Assembly: GCA_002269645.1 (NCBI GenBank)
Contig: NIVC01000757.1
Span: forward strand, 148,298 to 212,297
DNA length: 64,000 bases
Reading direction: 5' to 3'
Source of the DNA: Macrostomum lignano
Taxonomy: Eukaryota
Shown: in pieces, positions 41,110 through 52,200 of the stretch
Layout of the letters: each line of letters opens with the position of its first letter
How positions within the stretch are numbered: the stretch's first letter is position 1
Position numbers and translations under genes: made by a program
The notes under the pieces: generated by a model
Told to the model about the DNA's origin: nothing
The model's database searches: none
What the model saw: only the letters and a program-made list of their open reading frames with translations

Positions 41110-44100
41110 CTACAAATTGGCAGCCAAAGCATCAACCAGACAGTCAACAGTAACGGACTGCCCAGTCAGCTCCGCCACCATGCTAGCCGTGGACTCCTCG
41201 CCACCCCTGGCCAGCAGTCTCAGTTCGTAGTCCCTGCCAGCCGAGGAGCACAGAGGATCCTTGGCAAATCTGGTTGACCAGACTAGAGAAGCGATGGCTT
41301 TAGACACCAGGTAAGCGTGATATTTAGCTCCGTAGCCAACCAGGTGAGTGAACCGGTGTTGCCAAGCCGTACCAGGCGGGGGCACCGGTAAATACCGCAG
41401 ACTGGGCCTGCTGGCCAACTGTTGGAACACAGCGGTAGTGCTGGGCCTATCCTGCGTAGGCGGCGGATCCGACGAATGCAGCTCCATGTCCAGCATGGAG
41501 TACAGAATCTGCTGCTGCCGACTGACGCCAGGCAGAACGTGGCGCGATGCCTGCAGCGGGGCGTAGAGCCGTTCTGGCAACGGTTCGCCAGTGCGCCAGT
41601 GCCTGCGGGAATAGCAGGCGACTTTATCATTTTATACGGTAGAGTCTGCGTAGGCTACTTGCAGTAGTGTACAAGTAGACCTGACTGACGGGAAACTTTT
41701 AATTTGCAGACAGAAAGCAGAAAGGGTATTTCTCAAATATACCTTTGGAATAACTAGGATTACTGTTCAACTTTATATACGATATGGGTGGGTAGGTGAG
41801 CAACCCGGATCTGGGAGGCTGGCCCAGCAACTGGGATCTGGGAGGCTGGCCCAGCAACTGGGATCTGGGAGGCTGGCCCAGCAACTGGGATCTGGGAGGC
41901 TGGCCCAGCAACTGGGGATCTGGGAGGCTGGCCCAGCAACTGGGGATCTATGAGGCTGGCCCAGCAACTGGGGATCTGGGAGACTGGTGGCTCAGCAACT
42001 GGGGAATGGGAGGCTGGTGGCTCAGCAACTGGGGATCTGGGAGGCTGGCCCAGCAACTAGGGATCTGGGAGGCTGGTGGCTCAGCAACTGAAGATTAGCG
42101 AGTGACAGACTCACTTAGCATAGTGCTTGAGCACCTCAGGCCGAAAGGCGAACATCTCCATGATGGTGCTGGGCACCTCGGCCAGATCAGTGCTGCACCT
42201 GGTCCCAGTCACGTGCTGGTACCTTGTGCAGCCGAGTACCGAATGCAGGGCGTGCCCGAACTCGTGAAACAGATTCTCCACTTGGCCAGGGGACAGCAGG
42301 CTTGGCGCACTCACTGAACCCATGGCAGGGTCCGGGCACTGCAGCTGCAGGCACACTATAGGCGGCTGATGCGGCGGGTTGGGGCCGCTGCGACCGCCTC
42401 GAATAGTGAAATGACAATCCTGAACTGGCTTGCCCGCTCGGGGAAAGAAATCGCAATAAATACTGCCGAGATCTTCGCCTGCGCCTGCGTTGCCATGGTT
42501 ACGACGAACGTTGATTTTAAATACTCGACTATCCCAGACTTCACCGTCTAGTGGAGACTCAACTAGGCAGAGTTGCACGTTGAATAGGCGTTCGGCCACG
42601 TAGGCTATGCCGGATAAACAGCTTCCGATGGAGAAGAACTCTTCAATGTTTCGGGAGGCTGGATCTCCTGCAGAATGGGAGATTGCATGCGTGTGTCTGT
42701 CTTCCCTTAATCTATGAGTGTCTTCCCATATCCCATCAGTGTCTTCCCCTTATTCTATCAGTGTCTTTCCACATTCCATCAGTGTCTTTTTATATCCCAT
42801 CAGCAGTGTCTTCCCATATCCCATCAGTGTCTTCCCATATCCCATCAGTGTCTTCCCACATCCCATCAATGTCTTCCCATATCCCATCACTGTCTTCCCA
42901 TATCCCATCAGTGTCTTCCCCCCTATACCATCAGTGTCTTCCCATATCCCATCAGTGTCTTCCCACATCCCATCAATGTCTTCCCATATCCCATCAATGT
43001 CTTCCCATATCCCATCAGTGTCTTCCCATATCCCATCAGTGTCTTCCCATATCCCATCAGTGTCTTCCCACATCCCATCAATGTCTTCCCATATCCCATC
43101 AATGTCTTCCCATATCCCATCAGTGTCTTCCCATATCCCATCAGTGTCTTCACATATCCAATCAGTGTCTTCCCACATCCCATCAGTGTCTTCCCATACC
43201 CCATCAATGTCTTCCCATATCCCATCAGTGTCTTCCCACACCCCATCAGTGCCTCACCTTTAAAACAAGCGGCGGTAGCCACATTGACCAAATAGACAAA
43301 GTCCCAGGCTCCAACAGTCTCGCCAAGCGCCTCATCTCCGCTACCTTCAATACCAAGATAGCGACGCATAGTTTTAGCGTCCCGAGCAGCAGAAGACTCC
43401 AAACGGTCGGCTAAGCCGGTAAGAAAAGCTCGAACTGATTCCGGGGAATCCAGCAGAGAGCCCGCCGTGGCTCTGTCGGCAAACGATTTGAAACCGGCTA
43501 ATCTGGCGATTTCTAACCTGGTTGACAGCAGCTGGCAGAGGGTTGCCTCCTGCGAGTGGCGAGTTGTCGGGGGCGGTTCTTATTGATTGGGGGCGATTCT
43601 TATTGATTGGGGGCGATTCTTATTGATTGGGGGCGATTCTTATTGATTGGGGGCGATTCTTATTGATTGGGGGCGATTCTCAATGATTGGGGGCGATTCT
43701 TATTGATTGGGGGCGATTCTTATTGATTGGGGGCGATTCTCAATGATTGGGGGCGATTCTTATTGATTGGGGGCGATTCTAAATGATTGGGGGCGATTCT
43801 TATTGATTGGGGGCGATTCTTATTGATTGGGGGCGATTCTTATTGATTGGGGGCGATTCTTATTGATTGGGGGCGATTCTTATTGATTGGGGGCGATTCT
43901 CAATGATTGGGGGCGATTCTTATCGATTGGGGCGATTCTCAATGATTGGGGGCGATTCTCAATGATTGGGGGCGATTCTCAATGATTGGGGGCGATTCTT
44001 ATTGATTGGGGGCGATTCTTATTGATTGGGGGCGATTCTTATTGATTGGGGGCGATTCTTATTGATTGGGGGCGATTCTTATTGATTGGGGGCGATTCTT

Positions 44101-47100
44101 ATTGATCAAGGGCGATTCTTATTGATCAAGGGCGATTCTTATTGATGAGGGGGTGATTCTTATTGATTGGGGGCGATTCTCAATGATTGGGGCGATTCTT
44201 ATTGATTGGGGGCGATTCTAAATGATTGGGGGCGATTCTTATTGATTGGGGCGATTCTTATTGATTGGGGGCGATTCTTATTGATTGGGGGCGATTCTTA
44301 TTGATTGGGGGCGATTCTTATTGATTGGGGGCGATTCTCAATGATTGGGGGCGATTCTTATCGATTGGGGCGATTCTCAATGATTGGGGGCGATTCTCAA
44401 TGATTGGGGGCGATTCTCAATGATTGGGGGCGATTCTTATTGATTGGGGGCGATTCTTATTGATTGGGGGCGATTCTTATTGATTGGGGGCGATTCTTAT
44501 TGATTGGGGGCGATTCTTATTGATTGGGGGCGATTCTTATTGATCAAGGGCGATTCTTATTGATCAAGGGCGATTCTTATTGATCAAGGGCGATTCTTAT
44601 TGATGAGGGGGTGATTCTTAGTGATTGGGAGCGATTCTTATTGATTTGGGGCGATTCTTATTGATTGGGGGCGATTCTGATTGATTGGGGGCGATTCTGA
44701 TTGATTGGGGGCGATTCTCCGCCTTCATCAAGGGGCGACTCTTCCCTTTAATTAATGGGCTATTTTCAGTGATCAAGAGGCGATTCTTATTGATCAAGCG
44801 GTGGTTCTTCTCATTGATCAAGGGGTGACTCTTATCATAGATCAAGCGGTGATTCTTCTTATTGATCAAGGGGTGACTTATCATTAGATCAAGGGGTGAC
44901 TTATCATAGATCAAGCAGATTCTTTTTATTGATCAAGCGATGATTATTCTCATTGATCAAGCGATGATTCTTCTCATTGATCAAGGGGTGACTCTTATCA
45001 TAGATCAAGTGGAGATTCTTTTTATTGATCAAGCGGTGATTCTTCTTATTGATAAAGCGGTGAATCTTCTCATTGATCAAGGGGAGATTCTCTTCATTGA
45101 TCAAGGGGAGATTCTCTTCATTGATCAAGGGGCGATTTTTCTCATTAATCAAGGGGCGACTCTTCTCATTGATCAAGGGGAGATTCTCAATGTTCAAGAG
45201 GCAATTCTCATTGATCGAGGGGCGATTCTGCTCATTGATCATTGATGAATGGTCGATTGGGGCAATCGATGAAAAACCGTGAATCTTAGAATCTGTGAAT
45301 TAGTAAATGCTACAAAGTGCGATTGTTAGAATCTTATATTCATAAAACCAAAGGCCTTTACCTGACTGGGCATTTCGGCATAAAATGCGGCATACGCGGC
45401 CCGCCGAACCCCGGAGTCTGGGTGCTCCCCAGCCGCATCAATCAACGTTGAAGACGACAGCGACGTGGCGCCAATTGGCGCCGGCGCTGGTTGCATGGCG
45501 CCGCGCGAAAATTCTGCGCCAAGTAGGAAAGCCCGACTACAGGCGGATACAAATCTGTTGGACTCGCCGCTATTAGCGTCCAGGTGGACTCCGCTCTGCA
45601 GAAAATCCCAAATTAACAATTCGCCAACTCTGTGATCAACTCGATCAGTGTTGAACCTCGCCGCGTCGCCATTCGGTCCCGAATCTCTGATGGCTTCAAC
45701 TAGCCGATCGTATAATTCCCGATTTGTGTTTAACGATTCGACTAGGGTTGCTATGGCAACGCAGGTCTCCTCGGCGGCGTTTCGGTATTCGACTAGCGGA
45801 TGAAGCTGACGGACGCAGTCGGCCATGTCGGCTACTCGACAGACGGCGTTGGACATGTCGTCTAGGATGCTGACCATCGAGCGCTGCCGACCGCCGGGAC
45901 CGACCGCTGCCGCCTCTCCAAGCAGCCTGGACACTGTATCGATGGCTTCGCTTTGAAGTCTAGCAAAGCCCGAAGGACCATGCCGCAGTTCCTCTATGCC
46001 GAATAGGCCAGTGGCACACGCGCTGGATTTTGACGACGGATCGACAAATTCGACAAAACGACGAGCTAATCTGGTGCCGCCGCTCTGCTGTTGATGAGGG
46101 CGACTTCTAAGGCGGCTTAACGCGTTAACTGAGTCCACCAGATGGGCTGCGGCAGCGGAGGGAGCCTCGGACGGCGAAGTGGCAGCGGTGCTGAATGCTG
46201 ACGATGAACTGCTGATTGTCGATAGAATGAATGGCCGGCGGCACTGAAATATATTTTTTCGATACATATCGGCTATTTTATAAAGTACATTCCCCTGAAT
46301 GGGCACTTTACAATTTTCAATACACATTGGCTTTATTATAAAGTACATGGCCCTGGATTGGTACCCTACAGTTTTCGATACATGTCGGCTATTTTTATAA
46401 AGTACATTGCCCTGGATTGGTACCATACAGTTTTCGATACATGTCGGCTATTTTTATAAAGTACATTGCCATGAATTGGTACCATAGAATTTTCGATACA
46501 TGTCGGCTATTTTTATAAAGTACATTGCCTTGGATTGGTACCATACAGTTTTCGATACATGTCGGCTATTTTTATAAAGTACATTGCCATGAATTGGTAC
46601 CATAGAATTTTCGATACATGTCGGCTATTTTTATAAAGTACATTTCCCTGAATGGGCACTATACAATTTTCAATACACATCGGCTTTATTATAAAGTACA
46701 TTGCCCTGAATTGGAACCATGCTTGGGCGCAACCTAGAGATTCGCCCGGGCGTTTCTATTGGCAACACACACATGTAAGTCGCTATTGGACGGAATAGTA
46801 GTCGTGACTGCTCGCAGCCAATAGCGACTTACATGTGTGTGTTGCCAATGGAAACGGCCGAGTGATTCCCAAGGTTGCGCATGTACGATTGGTACCATAA
46901 AATTTTCGATGCATATCGGCTATTTTTATAAAGTACATTCCCTGAATTGGTACTATACAATTTTCGATACATATCGGCTAGTTTATAAAGTACTTGATCT
47001 TAAATACACACGATAAGTTTCGATACCGGCTATATCGGCTATTTTATTAGCCACAGTATCTAGAACAACAATAAGTATCTACTTAGATTAGCAATTGTGC

Positions 47101-47171
47101 AAAAAATACAGGCCTAACAATATAATATTTTTTACCTTTCTGGCTAATCGAAGAATTGTAAGCTGACACAT
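41110..47171 (-). CDS. MIPEP: Mitochondrial intermediate peptidase (M3 metallopeptidase), 5 coding exons, about 751 aa
   Basis: complement(join(41110..41602,42115..42667,43258..43549,45362..46243,47136..47171)). Presequence-like MCQLTILRLARKCRRPF; motifs TGLFG, IYCDFFPRAGKPVQDCHFTIRGGR, FHEFGHALHS (HEXXH), GTRCSTDLAEVPS, WQHRFTHLVGYGAKYHAYL. Confidence 0.95.
41808..42095 (-). repeat. 26-28-bp family array in the last MIPEP intron
   Basis: Same family as SWEET intron 3. Confidence 0.93.
42700..43255. repeat. 21-bp minisatellite (CCCATCAGTGTCTTCCCATAT)n in a MIPEP intron
   Basis: 7-aa periodic translations. Confidence 0.96.
43570..45240. repeat. 20-bp minisatellite (GGGGCGATTCTTATTGATTG)n grading into a degenerate 23-24-bp unit, in a MIPEP intron
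   Basis: Directly visible. Confidence 0.96.
46255..47045. repeat. 59-bp minisatellite in the first MIPEP coding intron, interrupted by a hairpin at 46727-46880
   Basis: GATACATGTCGGCTATTTTTATAAAGTACATTGCCCTGGATTGGTACCATACAGTTTTC units. Confidence 0.92.
46727..46880. other. 154-bp hairpin / tiny MITE
   Basis: About 63-bp stem; the inner ATTGGCAACACACACATGTAAGTCGCTATTGG (32 bp) is perfectly inverted; loop about 28 nt. Confidence 0.85.
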
Positions 47172-47284
47172 TGTTCTCCAAAGATGAGAGCCTGTAATTT
47201 TGAGAGCAATAATAGTTGAGTTAATATATATGATCATATTTTAATCAAACACAAATTTAAAAGTTCAATGAACGGTTCTTTAAT

Positions 47285-47358
47285 TAACTCAGAAGTTAAT
47301 ACAATTTTGACATCAATAATTAAAATTCAGGTCAAGTGTCAATTAGGCATCATGGTTA
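47285..47358 (-). ncRNA. Candidate box C/D snoRNA, copy A
   Basis: TAACC-ATGATGC(C)-ctaattGACACTTGAC-CTGA(D')-attttaattat-TGATGT(C')-...-CTGA(D)-GTTA. Terminal stem present; lies in predicted intron 47192-47422. Confidence 0.72.
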
Positions 47359-47590
47359 CTTATCGGTATTTTATTAGCAAGGAAAAAACATATAAGTATA
47401 GATTATAATAATTATGACTTACCTTAATTATTTAACTAATTAGAACTATGTGATTTAATACAGCGGCTTGCTTGCATGGATAGGCTCTGAAAAAAATTAG
47501 TAGAATAAAAAGCAACTTCGTTTTAAATAGTCTAGGTGCATTTTTGCGCAATTTTAAATTCTAAATTAATTAGGATGTTTATACTAGCTA

Positions 47591-47661
47591 ATAACTCAGA
47601 ATAATAAAAATTTCGCATCAATATTGATGTCAGGTCAAGTGTCTAAAACTCATCATTGATT
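47591..47661 (-). ncRNA. Candidate box C/D snoRNA, copy B
   Basis: ATGATGA(C)-gttttaGACACTTGAC-CTGA(D')-catcaatat-TGATGC(C')-...-CTGA(D). Same guide as copy A; lies in the next upstream predicted intron (acceptor at 47488). Confidence 0.75.
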
Positions 47662-47854
47662 TTACGATAAAAAAACTGTCATATGAAATGATTTAACAAC
47701 TGAAAGACACTTAATTAGCAATAGGATCTCAAACAAACTTTTTCAGTTGCTTTTGTAAACAAAATATTTTACTATATTGAACTTGTACACATACTAGTAG
47801 ACACAAAATAATGTCAACTTTTCATCCAAAATTTCAACACAAACTTGCAAACTT

Positions 47855-48180
47855 GTTGGGTATTGGATGTGCATTAGTTTATGGCATAGGGTGGGGTTGT
47901 TGGGTATTGGATGTGCATTAGTTTATGGCATAGGGTGGGGTTGTTGGGTATTGGATGTGCATTAGTTTATGGCATAGGGTGGGGTTGTTGGGTATTGGAT
48001 GTGCATTAGTTTATGGCATAGGGTGGGGTTGTTGGGTATTAGATGTGCATTAGTTTATGGTATGGAGTGGGGTTGTTGGGTATTGGATGTGCATTAGTTT
48101 ATGGCATAGGGTGGGGTTGTTGGGTATTAAATGTGCATTAGTTTATGGTATGGAGTGGGGTTGCTGGGTATTAAATGTGC
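47855..48180. repeat. 44-bp minisatellite
   Basis: TTGTTGGGTATTGGATGTGCATTAGTTTATGGCATAGGGTGGGG, about 7 copies. Confidence 0.95.
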
Positions 48181-49282
48181 ATTAGTCTAGGTAACACAGG
48201 AGAAAGCAAATAAATAGTTACACAGCAAAATCATGTGTCACAGATGTTCGGCTATAAGCTAACAGAAAATGTTTTGGGATTAAAAGAGACTTATCAGGGG
48301 AGGAAGAAATAAATATAGAAAATGCTTTGCAGATTTTCAAACTTAACTTGTAATTTTTGCTTATTTTTGTGTCAAAAAAATAAATAAAAAAGTCAAACTA
48401 ATTTTTTCCAAGTGGGCGGTTAAACAGGTTATGTAAAATCAATATTATAAGCGACAAAATAAATTTATGACACATAGCAAGCCCGAATACCAATGAAAAA
48501 TAGCCATCGATATATATCAAAAACCAAAATATTTTTTTTCAATTATTACAAAGTACAATGCAGACTTGCAAGACTGAATAAATCAATAATTTGAATCGAA
48601 TTGGGAGAGTATATTTACATGGAAATAAAGTAAAGCATATACTAGCTAGGAGGGCAGTACACAGCATATTTAAATACGGTCACATAATACAGAAAGGCAC
48701 AAGCAAGATCCACTTGTTAGTTACGATAACATGGCAAACTGTAAGAAGACAATGACAAGCATTAAGATTAATAACTGTTTAAGAGCCTCCGATACAGAAC
48801 CTAAAAATGCGCCTACCTTATTTGTGTCCTATAGGGTTGTATTGTAATTTTAAAAGCGGCTTCGAAACCTTTGAAACCTTGAAGAGAGGAGAGGGGGAGA
48901 GAAGAGGAGAGGAGAGGAGAGACGAGATGATAGATGAGAGGAACGGGAGAGAGATTAGAGGAGAGGGGAGAGGAGAGAAGAGTGGGGTAGGAGAGACGAG
49001 GAGAGAGGAGACAAAGCTTGAGAGGGCCCGGATTGCTATTGCAGTTTCAAAGGACCCGAGGGCCAGATACAGAGGCTTTATACGAGCATTAAAATCTATC
49101 ATAGTACAACATTATCTAGTACTCTAGCTGAATGACTAAATTGAATGATAATACGAATGAGATAGCTGGCACCTCAGAACAGGGACGATACAGAGAAGGG
49201 CTGCCGTACTCCATAGTATTGAGATATTAAATTCGATTTTAATAGGCAGTCTGTAAAAACGTGCAGGTTTTTATTTTAAATT

Positions 49283-52200
49283 TTAATTAGTCCGCTCGGC
49301 AATGTACTTCCACATCTGCTCCCGGTGCTGCTTGGTGAGTACTCTGGATAAGAAGCGTTCCGCTCTCTGCACATCCGCTTGGAAACTGAACTTGGCGCTC
49401 AAGTAATCGTCCCGACGTGCTGATCTATACGCGTCGGCCTCATAAGGCCCGGAGTCAATCTCGTGCACCTCTGAGAGTCGCTGGTCGAAGCGCACTTTGA
49501 CCTGGTAACGGGTTTGAAAATTTAAGTATAGGTATAAGGAAAAACAATGTACTTCAGTTTGGTAAAATAGCAGATTTTTAATTACCGGGTGAGGAGGGTA
49601 ACAAACTTTACAATCCATCAAATGCCTAGGTGAGGAGGGTAACAAACAATCCATCAAATGCCCAGATGAGGAGGGTAACAAACAAGCCATCAAATGACCA
49701 GGTGAGGAGGGTAACAAACAATCCATCAAATGACCAGGTGAGGAGGGTAACAAACAATCCATCAAATGACCAGGTGAGGAGGGTAACAAACAATCCATCA
49801 AATGCCCAGGTGAGGAGGGTAACAAACAATCCATCAAATGACCAGGTGAGGAGGGTAACAAACAATCAATCAAATGACCAGGTGAGGAGGGTAACAAACA
49901 ATCCATCAAATGCCCAGGTGAGGAGGGTAACAAACAATCCATCAAATGCCCAGGTGAGGAGGGTAACAAACAATCCATCAAATGCCCAGGTGAGGAGGGT
50001 AACAAACAATCCATCAAATGACCAGGTGAGGAGGGTAAGCTGGGTAACAAACAATCCATCAAATGCCCAGATGAGGAGGGTAACAAACAATCAATCAAAT
50101 GCCCAGGTGAGGAGGGTAACAAACAATCCATCAAATGACCAGGTGAGGAGGGTAAGCTGGGTAACAAACAATCCATCAAATGACCAGGTGAGGAGGGTAA
50201 CAAACAATCCATCAAATGCCCAGGTGAGGAGGGTAACAAACAATCCATCAAATGACCAGGTGAGGAGGGTAACAAACAATCCATCAAATGACCAGGTGAG
50301 GAGGGTAACAAACAATCCATCAAATTCCCAGGTGAGGAGGGTAACAAACAATCCATCAAATGCCCAGGTGAGGAGGGTAACAAACAATCCATCAAATGCC
50401 CAGGTGAGGAGGGTAACAAACAATCCATCAAATGCCCAGGTGAGGAGGGTAACAAACAACCGAGGGCATCAACACAGAATGCAGAGCATACAAACCTGTC
50501 TCCCACTCTTATCGGACAGGAAATGTCTGCCGCACTCGCCCCGCTGTCTGGAGGCGGCGCAGCAGATGCAAATCCAATCGGCCTCAGCTTTCAAGCGCTC
50601 ATAGTCCAGTCGCTGATCGGCAGTCAATTCCGGATAATCAAATGACACCCAATTATAGTCAGAGTCATCGCTGTCAATTTCGGAATCGGAGAATTCTACA
50701 TCCGATGATGGAGCTGGTTGATTATAACAAAACTGCGGAGATGGCGGCGAATGTAGCTTTACTGGTGGCGGAGTACTGTTCTCAACTGCAATTGCTGGCG
50801 CCTGCTTAGACTGCAGCGGTGAAGCGCAAACTGCAGTTAAAATTGAGAACAGATGACTCTGACTCATCTTTTCCATATTGATTGATGCTGTAGGCTTAGT
50901 TTGACATGCAGTCTTTGATGAGGCCAGAGATGGAGTGCAGGCCTTTAAACAGACATCAACTGCATAGTCGCATAGGGACATTGCTTGCAGAAGCAGAGAA
51001 AACAGTAGTGGGCAGAATCGGCTTCTAAAATAGAAATATATATATTTGTGACTTTCTCAGAATTTAACATCATATTTATGCAAAACATGAACTTTTTTAT
51101 TTAAAGAAATTTACATAAATATTTTTTGGAAATCTAAAAAACTTAGTTGCTCTTTCTACAGTTGTACTTGGCCTTTTTATTTATATCCATTTGGCAATAA
51201 TCTGAAGGGTTGCAACTTTATTTCAATTTTAATTGAATTTCAATAATAAAAATACACAACTGTATGTAATGCAATGCACATTTTATACAGCATACAAAGA
51301 CCTTTGTAAACTTGAAAATTCTATAAAAAGTACCACTCACTACATTATAAAAAGCAACTTACTATCATATCATATATAAAGCTATTGCAAATGTTTTAAT
51401 AACTACAGTTCTTTCTATTTGATTTATAACATGATAGATATAAGCTATTTTCACAATAGTCTTTTTTATTTACTATTTTAAGTTAGGCTTAGTCTAAAAG
51501 AAAGTCACATATAGCTAACAAAGCTCCTTTATCCTTTGAAATATTAAAATATTAAAATAATCTATCTTTTATTGGTCTTTTGAAACTGTATTAACAATCT
51601 AATTTGCTCAAGGTTTGTATCTCTTCTCAACTCTTTACTATATTTTTTCTTTTTCTTGCCCCTTTTTTTCTCTCCTTTCCATTCTTCTTTTTTTCTTACT
51701 CCCTAATTATACATGCACAACCCCCCTGATTTAGACTGGCTATGTGATTTACTTTTTTTACCAAAAAATGCAAGTTGCCTATGAAATATCTATATCTATA
51801 TCTATATCTATATTCTTTTGGATGGGCATTTTTGTGACAACTTATGCCTTGTCTACCACAATTTATATGTATTAAACATAACACTATGCACATCAAGTAT
51901 CTTGCCAAGAATGCCAATGGCAATAGAAATTTCCAGTTGAATATTTATTACATTATATGCCTATTGTAATTATTATCTGTAGAGGTCTTGAAAAAAACTT
52001 TTAAGACTTAGATATTCATTTTTAAACCAGTAGTCAATTGGTTATTATTTTTTGCTTGAACTATTTATTTAGATATTGATTTTTTGTTAGAAACAAAGTA
52101 CAATTAGTATGACATATTTAAAAAAACTATTCCCTTTGTCCATAGTAAGGAAGAAAGTATATATGCTAGAAATTTTTAGGGTACATACCAAAATTTTTAT

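Noticed and set aside
49283-50604. 407-aa and 324-aa repeat ORFs
   Set aside because: Mostly intronic 36-bp array; only 49283-49501 and 50496 onward are exonic.
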